Part shown: in pieces, positions 13,751 to 27,887 of the stretch
How positions within the stretch are numbered: position 1 is the first letter of the stretch
Layout of the letters: each line of letters begins with the position of its first letter
Assembly: GCA_024137785.1 (NCBI GenBank)
Contig: JAHRHZ010000282.1
Coordinates: 434,001 to 498,000, forward strand
From: Ginglymostoma cirratum
Taxonomy: Eukaryota
Direction of reading: 5' to 3'
Length of the DNA: 64,000 nucleotides
Program-made: the position numbers and the translations under genes
The notes under the pieces: generated by a model
Seen by the model: the letters and a program-made list of their open reading frames with translations, nothing else
What the model was told of the DNA's origin: nothing
Database searches by the model: none

Positions 13751-16379
13751 GGTAGCATTTCCGAGAACGATGATAAAGCAAGCAAATTTTCAAATAACAT
13801 AGAAGCAGAAGTAAAACAGTTAATAAAACAGTGTCAGAAGCATGCTCGGGTCGCAGTTAATGATTGGAGAAAACATACTTGAAAGTGCGCCTTTCCTTCA
13901 AGAGAGATAGGTCGTAGCTTGTACATAACTGACATTGAGGAATTGAAGCATCATCTCAGAGGACAATTTGTTGACCGTAGTTGCAGCAGAGATTGCCACA
14001 TTCCAATTTTCAATTGATGAGATGAGAAATTTGTTGTATTCCAACACTGGTGAGCAGGAGGCGTGGAAAGGTTGACTTCAGCTCAATAGTTTTAGTTCCA
14101 GTTACACCGAGACAGCCATAAGGGGAAATAGATCTTCATTGAAAAAGAAACGAAGTGCCATAATTTGAGGCAGTGTAGCATGTTTGCCGCAACAAATATT
14201 GCAATTGTTTCAATATGCCTTGATGTTAATGGCCTTACCATTAGATCCATCTTCGAAAGGAATGAGGCACTGCTAAACCTATCATGACAATCTTCTAACT
14301 GCTGAATTAGCTATGAATCGCTTTTTATGACTACACTTATTTCACTGCTTTCTATAATCAGCATTGATTCCATTTGATCCATTCAGTTCTGAAACTAAAA
14401 GTATTGGTTAACTCCAGCTGCTTGCACCATGTTCAAACAAGTGGTTTTACAGCACATTTTTTTTTCTCCATACTGATCTTGGTTTCCTGGTGCAACTGGC
14501 ATGGTTGACGTTATATCAGTCCTGCCTCTCCTACATGCGCATTGTGCCCAGGTAATGAAGTAAACCCAAATATAGTTCTACTGATTATTTTATACTTTCT
14601 CAGCCGTCCTACAAGATCTTCCCATTATCCTTCCTCTGTTTAAGAACGGCAGCTAATTATCTCACTATTTGTTTGTGAAGTAGTCGATTGTTAGAGTTCG
14701 TTTGGGAAATTTTTAGCTCGGCTTCTATCCAACACTTATTGTACTTGTTGTCTTAAATTACTCAGAGCAACTGACAGACATGTTCTTCCTTATCTCGCTC
14801 CCGATGATGATATATTTTCAACATGTTTGTATGACATAACAGATTCTCTTCCATCGGATCAGGAATATCAATCATACGTATCACTTTACTAACCCTCTGA
14901 ACTACTTTGTGGACTACTGAGTCCCGCTTTCAGAGATTCACTTTGCGAAGGCGAAAGACACTGATACTGAGAATGGGTGAGAGATTAGGAACAAAGAAGT
15001 GTAACTTCTTACAAATGCTTATAATTCATTTGTAACTTTGCTCATGGCAGGGAATGGGCTGACAAGATAGCATTTGGGTAGCTTCATGTTACATTTTCTG
15101 TAAGAAAACAAGCTCCCCCTTGAAACCCTCGCGTTTAAAAATGATTTTCCGTGCGTCCTTTTGCTTTAGGTTGTATAACTTCCAAGTGCTGTTGTGCTAC
15201 CCTATATGGTGTTGTGCTGTATTTCTGGCAACATGGGAACATAATCCAACATTGATATTTTGTCCTTTTGTTTCAGAATTTTTCCTTGATCAATCTTAAC
15301 CTACCTTCAATGTCAGTACAATAAATAAGTTCAACTGTTTTAATGCCCAGTAGAATAATTTGAGCAATCTCTGGAATCAATTCGTAAGAATTTTACCACA
15401 TTATTCCAAACCTGTAGCTTTCATGACAGTATGTCTTAATCATAATTTTGAGACTCTGGTAGTATATCTTTCCAAATCTTCAAGTATATATGAATGGTAC
15501 ACCGTTCTCTGTAATTGTTTTCTCACCATACTGCTAGTTATTGCTGATAAAAACGACAGGCACAACCCCAGAGCCCTGTAAAATTGTATATAAACTTGTA
15601 CTGAATATTTAACAAAAATGTGAGTTAGGTTTTCTACGATTATCTAGCTTTACGCGCCCTCAAAAAATAGTTCCTTAGAATCAGGCTTTAATTTCCATAA
15701 CTGTATTCATAATTGTAAGGGTGTACTCATATGCTGGTTCTTTCTGCCGGAATAGAGCTACAGAATCGACTTACACTCGTCTGAACGGTTGTTCCTAATA
15801 TGGAACTCGGATCATCGTCTTGGCCGCGCAAAATACTCGTTTATTCATACTCCTAAACGCTTTTCCATTGGAATTTCGTTGCTTTCAAAGTCTCCTCAAT
15901 ATTTGAGCTGTATGCCTATTTGATGAGACTTAGTTCATTCCTGAAAAGGCTGTGAGGATGTTTCTACTTTCTCATCAGAATTCTGTTTTTAATATTACAC
16001 TCTGGAAGCCTCAGCGTCGGTGAGAGCTGTCGATGCCTAATTACATAACCCTGAACCAGCTCAGGGATACCCAATCCACAAAGAAATGCCAAACATTTTT
16101 TTTTTCAATTATCCTCATCCTTAAGGACAACATCGCAATCCTAACATGTGTTTGCCTTTTGCTGTGACGCCTGGTTGAAGACTTTGCTCAGCTATTTCTC
16201 CGGTCACTATATAGCATAAATGTGTGTGAATACGTTGTAAGAGACATGTATCATCCCAGACAGCCAGGGTATACATTTAATAGAATGGGCCTGTAGATTC
16301 TGAAGATTCAAAAAGTTGTAAGTTATCTCTTTAACATGTATAAACATTCTGTGGGGGTTTGAATCCTCGACAATGTGAG

Positions 16380-16424
16380 GTTGCACACTGAGGAGACAGT
16401 CGTCCTGTCTCCTCAGTGTGCAAC
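16380..16424. repeat. Perfect inverted repeat, 20-bp arms, 5-nt loop
   Basis: GTTGCACACTGAGGAGACAG-tcgtc-CTGTCTCCTCAGTGTGCAAC. Confidence 0.95.
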
Positions 16425-16944
16425 GAAGTATCAGTTTCAGTTAAAGGTCATTTAGGGATGAGATAGGGCGAAATATAAACAGTCAAAAGTTTGACTCTGG
16501 AAATCTCTACGTCAGTAGATTGTGGATACTAAATTATTGAGAATGCCCAAGGTGAAAAAAATCATAGCATGTAAAGAAGATGGGTCATTTTCATATCGGC
16601 GTTGTGTGGACGAACCGAATCAGGTTCTCCTACTTTTATTTTGTCATGTTATTAAAACTGTATGTCAAAAGGGGAACGGAGACAGAATTGAAGGGATTAT
16701 TGCTGAATCTTCAATCACAAATTAGCTCCATTTTTACCATCGACTACAGCCATGCTCTCGTCACATCAGTGGAATGTGGTGAAATACTGGTAACTTACAC
16801 GTCAGTGCTTGTTTTCCTCGGTGACCAAAGATAAGTTGCACACTAAGTCTCCTGGGTTAAGAATGGAATGATAACAAAGTAAAATTCCGTACATATTGGA
16901 AATAAGGACCTACAGCTTTCCTAATTTATGACGTTAACAATTAG

Positions 16945-19196
16945 TTTCCAAAGGTTGTTGTCGGATTATTCATCTCCTCTCTGCTTTTTCTCTGAGTCAC
17001 TATATAGATTCATAGATTCAAGCGTTGTGCAACAGCTCAGGAGCTGAAGCATGTTTCCACTTTCTTGCCGAATGAATCTTGAATCATCGAAATTGGAATC
17101 CCAGAAATAAGGTTCGTTTGAAATGTTCACAAAGAGGAAATCTATGATATGTCATCCACAATGAATCTTCTTGGAATGGTGAAGAGTAAATCAATGGACT
17201 TTCTCCGGTTCTCCATCTTTGGAGCACTCCAATTCTCCCCACTGTTGGTGCTAGCCAGCAGTCTCCTGCTGACCCAACTGGCTGCAAAATCGTGTCTGAC
17301 AGGCAGACCATGAAGCAGTAAAATCAATAAGAATGGCAGACCCAGATTAAAAACACATGCCAAGCTATTGTAGACTGTTGATACTAGTGACCTATAGAAT
17401 TTTGACTTCACATTGCGAAAGTACGGCACCTTGTTCATTATATTGAGTGGTTCGTGTAAAAAGTACCAAAAAATGTCTTTTAAACAACTCACTAAACTGA
17501 CTGATACTTTGAGCATAGCCGCTGTATCTCTGTACAAAATTTTGTTTTCAGCTTCTGGGAACAAATGGCTAAAAGTCGATCGAAGGTGAAAGAAATGGTT
17601 AGTCAGACTTAACTCTTCATGGCTACATAGATGATTACAGCACTGACAGTACAGGTGGGAGTCGTGAACATGAAGCAAACGGGGAAATAAATGCGAGTAA
17701 TCCAATTTAACATCACAGCACTGATAACTACCAAAAGTCAGTGACTGCCAGATACCGAGTGATACATCCAGAACGACAACATCATTCGCAGTAGGGGATC
17801 GCAATTGCCATTAAATTTACTGAAAGCAGCAAAGAAAAAAAAAACTAAGCTCCTAACGAGACACACGATTGTGCAAGGTTTGCTATATTGACATCGTTTC
17901 TGGACGGTAACTGAAGCAAATATTTATGATCCTGCAGCGAAATCTCCATCTCACCAATAAAAGTTTTATCTTGCATTTATGTAGCACCTTTAACATAATT
18001 GTCGTAAAGTGCTTCAGTTGAAAATTATAGTGTAAGTTTTAACGCCGTCATAAATTTGATAAACCACTTATCTCTTTTATTTGAACAATCAGGTTTGTGT
18101 TATCATGTTGTATTCAGGCAACCTATGATCACACTTTAAAAGCATCAAGAGAATGTCAGCTTCAAGAACGTTGATTTAGCTGCCCTATGGCTTCGACATT
18201 CATGATGCCTTTAACTAAAAAGTACAATAATTTACTCATTAGTAGGATATTATCTTTAATGGAGGGCCTGTTAATTTTGCCTCAAAGTTTTTGCCCACCA
18301 AAAAAAAAATTCCGAAACGAAATTCTTCAACTCAAGTCAATGTTATCTAAATTCAGAGGGAGATGATAATTCAATTACGAGGCTCTAGGTTGAAAAAGAG
18401 GAAAAATGTCAAGTCATCATAATTCCAGAGTATCATCAGACAGCCCACTCCTGAGAGAAATGACTATTAGTGTTTCAACTTGAGGGTCACCACACCTCAA
18501 GCGACTTAACTATATTTGTTTCCAAATATGACAATAATAAGACAGGCAGAGGTTTTTTTAATCCAGAAAATCCACAATCCAACTTCATCTTTGATACTTG
18601 GTTTGAAATACAGACTTATGTCTTCGGAAAGAATCAACTGCTATTGTGGAATTTGAACTCATGGCAGAACCCTGTGGAAAAACAATCTAGCAACGTCAAC
18701 CTATGATTCACTTAAAATTATGTGGTTCCATGGAAGATGCATGCTGAATTGTAACTTCCAATGCTAAGCATTGAATTTCCACCCATGAACTCTAGATTTT
18801 GAATAATTGGCCAAATACTCATCTGTCCCTTCAACCAGACAAGAGATATTATCAGAGCTAACAAGATGTAGAGTTGGATGAACACGGCAGGCCAGGCAGC
18901 ATCAGAGGAGCAGAAAAGTTACTACTATCTCTAATGGATGTTATCATCCTGAGCTTTAACTATCACAAAGGCTTTATTTAGAAAAAATAAGTGTTGAAAT
19001 TTTCCTGAGCAGATCGCATTCCTGTCGACTACTGTGGTTATTATTTCTCACTGTCATTTGTCACTGTCAGCTCTCACTTTATAAAACAATGATTTTCAGA
19101 ATTACTTATTTAGAACAATGATTCACCTGGGAATCTGATTGCAGCAAGAATTGGAAAGTAAGTTCCATAACCTAGAACAATCTTCGGTCCGTGCAT
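16945..19196 (-). pseudogene. GPR139/GPR142-like GPCR unprocessed pseudogene (exon 1 19196-19127; exon 2 from 17819 to ~16945)
   Basis: Exon 1 is MHGPKIVLGYGTYFPILAAIRFP + G|GTGAAT, with acceptor ttcag at 17820. Exon 2 reads VNLMAIAIPYCE*CCRSGCITRYL, then frameshifted blocks LPFLLILLL, PKMENRRKSI.LLFTI and QESGNMLQLLSCC that match the intact gene. Confidence 0.9.
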
Positions 19197-19538
19197 TTTT
19201 GCACATGAAGCGATGATTTCTGCAGCTGACTGTTGATATCAGGGATTGTCTGTTCTCAGCTCAGTGAAACGTCAATTTAAAATGTTTGCAAATGTACAGA
19301 GAGCTACTTCGACCCAGATATTTGAAATTTTTGAGCAAATAAATTCAGCTGTTACTTTGTGTTTGGGAGACTGTAAAACAGCCGGAAAATCGTGCGAAGT
19401 GGCTTTCATGTCGTGGTGTCCAATGCTGGCCCGTGTTTAGTCGAATGAAATTTGTTAGTACTTTGGCAACTCAAAATTGGGCTTAAGCCTTGGAGATGTT
19501 TCTTTTTGTGACACGCTGAAGGAGCTGGCTGGCCATCA

Positions 19539-19890
19539 GGGGGCAATGGCCTAGTGGCATTATTGCTGGACAGTTTATCCAGAGACCGAGAGAGCGTTTT
19601 GGGGAATCTGTCCTCGAATCCTGCCACAGCAGATGGTGGAATGTGAATACAATAAATAAGTTCAGAATTTATGGTAACTGTGAACCCATCATCGATTGTG
19701 GGGGTAAAACCCGCCTGGTTCACAGATGTCTTTTAGGGAAGAAAGCTGGCACCCTTACCTGACCTGGCCTGCATGTGGCTCCACATACACAGCAATGTGG
19801 TTGATTCTTAACTGCCCTCTGGGAAATTAGGGGTGGTCAATAAATGCTGCCCAGCCAGCCACGCCTATGTCCCATAAATCAAAAAAAAAG
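19539..19890 (+). mobile_element. tRNA-derived SINE (same family as 55456-55812)
   Basis: A-box-like GGCCTAGTGG, shared core 'gcagatggtggaat.tgaat', A-rich tail. Alignable to the copy at 55.5 kb. Confidence 0.75.
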
Positions 19891-20779
19891 AGGCGAGTTC
19901 GAGTACAGTGGGATTATGTTATCGAGCGGAAATCGACCCTCTGAGAACTAAAACTGAAACGTTCAAAGAGGAGTGCCTCGCCTTATAATATGTTAAAATG
20001 GAGTCTGAAGAGTGGTATAACCTGCCTTTCAGGAAGTTCTAGTGGTTAAATAAAACAAATATCTGGCACTCACATAATAATCAACAAGTAGCAATATGTT
20101 TATATAACTTTAAAAGTGAACCAATTAACTAAACAATTAACAACTCAAATGAAGTTCTTCCAGCTGCTAAGTATTCCTGAATGAAACAAGATTCTAATGA
20201 CATGCTGTTTCTATAAATACAAGTTCCTCTTACATGAAATAATTGAAAACATATAAGTTAGTTTTTGTAAATTACAGCGAGCTTGCATGTTTTCTGGCAA
20301 ATTCTACACATTCTCCGTTGAATATTTTGTCAGGAACGACTTCTTCATCGATTCTTCTGTCAGTAATATTAATTAGCTGCGTTCTTGGTACCTCTGATTT
20401 AGATGGTGCTTTCTCTAAGACTTAGAAAACAAAGTTGTGACAGCCAGAAATTCTGTTTTGAGAGCTGAAAACTGTTTATCCTGGCATATGGCAGTTTGCT
20501 GTCCTGTCTTTGTCCAACTCTCTTCTCTTTTATACCTTTGATGACATATGAATGTCTTACAATAGGATTATTCCTATGGTGTCAAACCCATTAAATTTAA
20601 ATTTAATTGGTTTCTGGTATATGTGTGTCTGGTTCAAATCGATTGGCTAAATTCAAAACTTGTTGTCTTGTAACAAAACAAAACTTCTCCTTGGCCTACT
20701 AATTCTACAGCCTTTTGATATAAATGTTTTAATTCGAGTGCTCTCCGTGCTCATGCAATATGCTGTGCATCGCTGGTGA

Positions 20780-22200
20780 TTTTTGTGAACATTGAAGATA
20801 GTGAATGGGAACTAATCAATTCTTCATTTTGGATAGTTTCAAGCCACTTGAGTCCTGATCAGTCTGGACGCATATTCCAAGTGGAGTGTTTTCCATCATA
20901 TTCTCATTCTTGCCTTGTGGTTGGTGGATGGTAAACAGGCAGTGGGAGTGATCAACATATTTTTCACAGCCTCTGACTTATTTTCGTAGCTGGAATATTT
21001 ACTTGGCTGATTTATTCGATTTTCTGTCATCGCTAGCCCCAGGTGCTGATAATGATGGTGATGCCATTGCTTATAAAGGGGTGATAATTAAATACTTTCT
21101 TCTAATATATAATCACTTCCAGGCACTTAATATTTTCACATGATATTTTCACCTATCATTGCAAACCTGAAAGTTGTCCAGATCTTGTGATCAAGATTAA
21201 CTGCTTTAGTAACAGAGGAATCAGTAATGCTGCTGAACACTGTATAATCATCAAGAGGCACCTACACCTCTAACACTGTAATGGAAGTAAGATCCTTGAC
21301 GAAGCAGTTGAGTAATATTAGCCTACCCTAATGAACACCAACAGTAATGTCCTGCGGTTGGCATAAGTTTTCTTCTAAATCCACAATCTCTTACGACCAA
21401 GTATTACTGCAACTAGTGGAGCTTATGTCCGTGTCTTTGAGACAATGCTTTGTTAAATGCCACCTTAATGTCAACAGTAAATACGCTCAATTAACTTCTG
21501 TTGTGTAGCTCTTTTATTTATGTTTGGGCTAATGTTGTAATGCGGTCATCAGCTGAGTGGATGCAGTGTAACCCAAGTTTTATATCAGTTAGCAGGTTAT
21601 TCTTTTCCTTGTGCTGGGTTATGACACTGTTCGTGATGCCTTTCATCACTTGGCAGGCGATCGAAAGAATTTGGAATGGATAGCCGATTGCTTTGCACTT
21701 TCCGTGCTTCATGTGAACAGAACGGTGCTGGCCAATTTTACAATCAGCACTTCGTGTTCAGCTGTCATGGATGGAAAGGAACATTTGTGCCACATAAGAG
21801 TGAAGCAATGCCCGTGTGAAACAACAGGCAATGTAGTCATCATCTTTCAGCGTTCATGGTCATTGCCATTATTAAATCCCAGAGAATCAAAATCCTGGCG
21901 ATAACAAGTGGCCAAAACTGAAATTGACTAGAAGTATTAATACTGTAGCTGCAACAGAAGGTCAACGGAGAAGTGAAGGTACAAAAGAGCCTAGGGATAT
22001 CACAGCGAATCTGCTGATCACCCAAAGCCTGTCCATCATTAACAAGAAGCAACTCAAAAGTGTGATTCAACATTTCTAACTTGCTTGAATAACTGCAACT
22101 TCAATAACAATCAAAATGTTCGATATCATCTAGGGCACAGCATGCTTTACGATAGGTATCATATGAGGAAGCTGTCACTCCTTTCACCATAAATACACTG
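20780..22200. mobile_element. Old L2/jockey-like LINE fragments in both orientations
   Basis: Similar to 1430-2120 (minus part) and to 41.9-42.4 kb (plus part, 'cctgtc.atca..acaag'). Confidence 0.45.
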
Positions 22201-24677
22201 GAATATTTTTGACTGACTTGAAGCACTGAATGAATTGTCATGATTATTTTTGGTGGATTGTGGACAGCGATGACTGCAACCGCCGAGAAGTGACATCAAA
22301 TCCCACCATGTTGCAGTTTCCATTATCTTCGATATTACCTCAAGCCTGTTGAAAAGAAAATAGAACAGCTTTATTATTATGATCTTCGATTGCAGCTTTA
22401 GGTTTGGACAGATATAGATCAGGCCTGATTATGTGAGCGGACAGCTTAGGTATCAGACACCCCAGAATAGGCCGTCCACAGGAAAATTAGTGTGTGCAAC
22501 TTCATAAATTCATCTAAAGCATAATTGCTTTTACAGATAAATTTCACTATTCTTCTTACATCATGGACCCTTTCTCTGCGTCTCTCCCTCTGGCATTCGT
22601 GCATTCTCTCTGTCTCTCACTCTCTGCTGCACACAAGGTTTAAATGAAGGCAAGTGATGTGAATTGGTGACCTGCAGAATTAACTCAATTTTACACGCTC
22701 TTAATACAATGTGGTAGTGCGCTTATTCTGAGCCGAGAAGTCTGAGCTCAAGGCACAGCTGTTCAAGAATTATGGCATACATCTTTGAGCAGGTCAATTG
22801 TAAAATATCAAAATTTGACGCAAGACACTAGAAGAATAAACAACATATGACGCAGTGTGATTCAAGTAGAAAAATTGCCGATGCAGGCAATGAGTGACTA
22901 AGATGGATGCATTGGTCCAGACATGAATTCCAATTTCCTTTATTTGGAATTATTTGGACGAAAAAGTATGTATTGTTCCAGACATTAAATCCACTTACCT
23001 TTAAATCGGGAATTACTTCCCGACCTTTCCCTCTTCAGAACTGAGTATGAAAAATCTGAGGCAGTACATTGAATGTTAATGTTTGAGAGAAAGGGCTTCA
23101 GTAATTTATGTACGTTGCTCGTCAGAGATGAGATTGTAAGATTGAGAGGGTAGAGCTGTGAATGGTCGAAATTTTGGCATTTTTCTGGACAAGAAATGAA
23201 TCAATTTTGTTTTGAACACTATTATGATGTTTGCATGAAGGTAAATGATCACCTGTGATCATATTGAATTTTTGGAACAGGCTCGAAAGTTCGACTGACC
23301 TCCCATGTTAATAATTTCTTTGTTCACTTATGAAAGACTTTGAACTATTTACCACCTGAAATAAAGGTGATCAGCTACAATAGATTGAGCCTGGTGACCT
23401 CTTTTCTTTGGGAAACACGGAACCAGGAGGCAACTTCATAAACATATTTTAAATGATTAACGGGTTCATTGAAACGAAAGCGGAGGCACATTATTTTGAG
23501 CATGAGTCCAAACAAAGAGAAATCACCAAAGGAATTACTTGCAGAAGAGAGTATACGAGGAAGAATATTTCTACTTGGAAACACATAAAAACGTGCAACT
23601 CATTGAGAAGTGGAGTGAGTGGAGACAAAAAATGCAGGAGAGTGAAAGGCGTGGAGAAACACCTGACACTGCTGGTAATAGTTCACTGCGGTAGAGCAAG
23701 AATCGGCTGGTGTGGCCTATAAACACGTGTTTCCCTATTTGGGTCGAATAGCCTATCTTGGACCAGAAGACCGTTTTACATGTAAAATTCAGTGAAATGT
23801 ATGTCCCTTGAACAGGTCAGACGATCAACCAATGGGTTGTAGGGAATTGAAATTGTCAGAAATGCAGAAGCAGCAGTTCCACGGAGCAGGGAAACCACAG
23901 AGCAACCTGCAAAAACGGAAACTAACCAACGGTTGAGAAACCTTAGGGAATATTGTTAATGTGATAAAACTTCAAAGTAGGTGATGAAATAACATGAACC
24001 TTCATATAAAAGTTAAATTAGTTACAAATTAAAAGTTCGACCTCCTTGTTAGATGGAAACAGTCAAATAGAATGAAAGACAGGCAGAAGCTCTCATGATG
24101 TGTTAAAGTATCAGAGAAGCCTTATGTTTCACGACCTATGCTCGTTATCACTGTACCTATATTTTCTGGCCGATATTCCTATGGAGTTGTATCACTCTCG
24201 GAATTATTTGTTTGGAAACTGAATGTCTTATTGGCGTTAGAATGGTTCTTTCGGTTTATCTTTCCAGAAGTAAAATAGAAATAGAAGTTTCTAAATATAG
24301 AATCAGACAACATGGAGACTTTATTCGTACATTTTCCCACTCCCGAAAGGTATAACTCAATTAGTTCTGGTATAGTTGCTGCTTCCCCAGAATTCACACA
24401 TTCGATTTGTTCCAATATTTGTCCAACCAAACTTGAAATTCATTGTCAGATCTACGCAGATCTGTGTAAGAGTTGACAGTCTATTTTCTTCATCGAGTCC
24501 TGCTCCAACGATGATCTAGTAAGCTTGAAGTTAAGATAATTTTCGCGACATACGGATTAATTCTTCAAATTAAAGTATTTCCTTCATAACAATTCAATTG
24601 CCAAATAGTAAAAAGAAATAGGCTGCATATTCAGTTCTCTGGTATTCCAGCTTCATGCTTACAAAGCTTCATTATCA

Positions 24678-24716
24678 GGTTTTTGTACACGCCTCTGTGC
24701 TGTGTATAGATGTGTG
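24678..24716 (-). other. 23-RSS of the supporting V-delta pseudogene
   Basis: Minus strand: CACACAT, 23 bp, then ACAAAAACC (perfect nonamer). Confidence 0.85.
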
Positions 24717-25029
24717 TGCTGAGTATCAATTCAATGCATATTAATACACAGTGGAGTCTCTGAGTTGTATTGTCGTGGTCTTTAACTGGATGATTTTCAC
24801 CGCGGGATCGATGGAAGCAGAAATTCTTCCTCTGGCAGTATTTTCTTTATTCTGCTACTGAATTGCTAACTGCGCCTCTGAAGCATGTACTTCAGAGTTT
24901 GTCCTAAGGACTGATGGTACAATTAAACCATATACAGAATGAACCCTAAATACTCACTGATTAAAGTAACGGTGTCGCAAGCAGCAGAGGTTTGTACAGG
25001 TAGACGCCGGGGCAACAGCGAACTAGAAT
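24717..25029 (-). pseudogene. Leaderless supporting TCR-delta V (STCRdV-type) pseudogene
   Basis: SSSLLPRRLPVQTSAACDTVTLISEYLGFILYMV*LYHQSLGQTLKYMLQR / QNKENTARGRISASIDPAVKIIQLKTTTIQLRDSTVY*YALN, then the RSS. The acceptor appears mutated (ccacaa). The frame fits a phase-1 splice from the J at 27774. No leader exon seen nearby. Confidence 0.8.
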
Positions 25030-25911
25030 TTGTGGTACATATAAAAAGTTTGTTTAGCAGCAGCTATTCAGAAAATGTGAACACAAAGTTATGAGCAGCT
25101 GTCTTATTAAGGTGTGAAGCAGGTTCGAAATGTAATAAAAACAAATCACAGAGCATGGAGATGTTGAGCTTTTTTTAAAACAAGAAAAGCAAACTTCTCT
25201 GATCTGGTTAGATGTTTCAAGAATAACGTACAAATGGGAATTAAGAAAAGAAAGAATCAAAAACAGTGAATGATTCTAGAACACAGGGCTATTGCTTTGC
25301 AAAGTACATGTCTGTAAAATATTTCAACAGTCATTCTCTTCACTGAGACAATCAATCTCAGAATTAGTTGACGAATAGTAATCCAGTTCTGTTACCTTAT
25401 TCATTCATGAAATCTGGACAACATTGATGGAATCAACCTTCATTGCTCATCCCTAGTTGCCCTTTAGATGATGGTAGTGAACTGTCTTCTTGAACTGCTG
25501 CAATTCAACTGCAAATACACACACAACGTCAATAGGGATGGATTTTCCAGATTTGAACTGGAGACAATGAAAGAATGGCAACACATTTCCACGTCAGGAT
25601 GCCGAGTTGCTTGGAGAGGAAGTTGCAATTGCTGGTTTTCCTATGTATTCGTTGTTTTTATTACATCACAGCCCAAAGCAAGATTCTACTGAATGCAACT
25701 TGATCCAACCCGACAGCCGTCAAATAATCGTACAATAGAGCTACAGGACCATCCGAGAACAGACGAAGGCCATTAAACCCGTCATGTATGTGTTGAATCT
25801 CTGAAGCAGAAATTCACAGGCGCGGACTAACCAAAGTATTGTCACCTCTGCGCTCTTATAATCTTTCTATGACTGCTGATAAAAAGTGTTTTGTATTCTT
25901 CACTGCTGTAT

Positions 25912-26697
25912 TGTTAGTTTCGTTTTTGGAGACCCTCATGGACTTGATGCAACGACAAGACACTGTCCTGTTTAGAAAAACACAAATCCTTTATTACAAA
26001 GCAAGTACAAGCAGTGGAGGATCACTGTACTCAACCTGGCACAGAGTGCAGAGTCTCATAAGCAATTCTCCCGGAGCAGCAGACAGGCCCCACTTTTTAC
26101 ACCTTCTCGATTGCATCGTGCATAAAGCAATTTTACATCTCACAATGGCATGTTACATGAAACAATCACTACATCGGACAATGACATGATAACACAAACA
26201 ATTACTGCATCGAAAACATAAAGAGAGCAGGATACAGTGTCGATTGTTCGCAAAGTGACTGCTAACTTCAGGAGGCGATTTCAAGTTGCCGAAGTGACTG
26301 AATGTAATTTCAAGCTTCCGAAGTGTCTGGCTTGAACAAAGGTCAGTGTCCTGGTCCCTTTTGCAGAAACAGAAGTTACATTCTTTACAGGATTTCAGAA
26401 GTCTCACACCTTTACAAATGTTGCCACCTAATCTTATTTGAGACTGCTTCCACGTACCGCTGTGCAGGAAGATAAAGATTTACAATGTTTATATCTAATT
26501 CTATTCAGGCAGGAAGCTTAAGGCAGTTTCTTTTCTACTTATGTATGGGAAGATAAGGATTTACAAACTTTTACACCTAATTCTAGTTGGGCAGGAATTT
26601 TTAAGGCAGTGCCTGCATGCCTCTGTGTAAGCAGATAAGGAGCATTAATTTATAGAGAATATAGAAATCAATGGGATGTTATCCCAATAACATATTA
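25912..26697 (-). mobile_element. Solo LTR, 786 bp, TSD GTAT
   Basis: Colinear with 58612-59397. GTAT flanks both ends. Minus-strand AATAAA near 25990. Confidence 0.85.
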
Positions 26698-26999
26698 GTA
26701 TTAAGCAGCCTTTCTCGCTTCAGGTATCTGTAGACAAACATCCAAAAACCCTTCTGTTTCTCTTAGCTCCTTAGCGTCCTGTCCTACATGAGGACTCCCT
26801 TGTCTTGTTACTTCTTCCAAAATGCATTACCTTGATAAAAATCTTCACGGGGTGTGGGCATGCTATTTATGTTAACATGCCTTGTCCATTTCTCACTGTC
26901 TGATGGGTAGGTAACAGTCAAACACATTCCTATGAGATTGGACTGGCGTGTCGGCCAGACCAGGTAAAAATGGCCGATTCTTTCCCTTAAGGACATTTT

Positions 27000-27670
27000 C
27001 GGGTTTAGATTCCATCTGCCATTGATCTGCCCATCTAACCAACCCGTCTATACATTCCTGTAACTTAAGACTTTCTGCCTCACTGTTCAGAACCCAACAG
27101 ATCTCTGCAGTACACTGTTGTGCACTGGCCTCCGGTCACAAAAACAACCTTCTGTTAGCTACCTCTATCTTCCACCACGAAGCCAAACTGGATCCAACTT
27201 CCCAAGTTGTCCTGGATCCCATGAAATTTTACATTATTTATCAGTAACCTGGTTTGTCAAAGGCTTTGCTAAAATACATATAAAATGCATCGACAGCATT
27301 GACTGTATCTACACACACGATCACCACCTTGAAAAGTTCAATCAATTGCTAAACATGACTTCCAACAAACAAAAATATGCTGACTGTCTCTCATCAAACC
27401 TTGTGTCTCTATGTGGAGAGGAGTTTCGCCTTCAAAATATTCTGTAGTAGTTTCCCTGTCACTGATATGATACTCGGTGGTCTTCAATTTCCTGGTTTAT
27501 TCATACCATCCTTCATAAAATTGGAGCCATATTAACAGCCTCCAGTTCCCTGGGAACTCCTGTGTGGCCAGAGTGAAATTAAAGGTTTGGGTCAGGTCCT
27601 CCTTGAATTGCTCTCTCTTTTCCCACAACAGCTTTGGATACAACTCACTCAGACGTGGGAATTCCTTCTC
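27000..27670 (-). mobile_element. CR1 RT fragment, decayed
   Basis: EFPGNWR; remnants of the DFSKAFDK-type motif. Confidence 0.7.
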
Positions 27671-27773
27671 TGACCTCCCACAGGAAGATTGAAGTAACAT
27701 AGTGCTGAAAAATAAGCTGACAATGAATATTAATTGAGACAGACGGTAACAGGCGGCATTAAGAGTCATTTAC

Positions 27774-27864
27774 TTGCTGCGACAGTCACAACGGTACCAG
27801 ATCATTTCACAGTATCAATTTTCCATCACAGTCTCACTGCTCTCAGTCATCCAGTACAAGAATC
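27774..27864 (-). pseudogene. J segment pseudogene with 22-bp-spacer RSS (NAR-TCR J type)
   Basis: Minus strand: nonamer GATTCTTGT, 22 bp, heptamer GACTGTG, then WKIDTVK*SGTVVTVAA + A|GTAAAT donor. The TGA sits at the first G of the GxG motif. Confidence 0.85.
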
Positions 27865-27887
27865 CCCAGTAGTTTAGTCTGACGACT

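Noticed and set aside
17142-17804. 220-aa minus-strand ORF as a functional gene
   Set aside because: It is mostly an out-of-frame reading of the frameshifted GPCR pseudogene, and only its C-terminal part is in the ancestral frame.
22289-22298. AGTGACATCA matching the TCR V promoter decamer
   Set aside because: No leader with a splice donor and no V exon follows.
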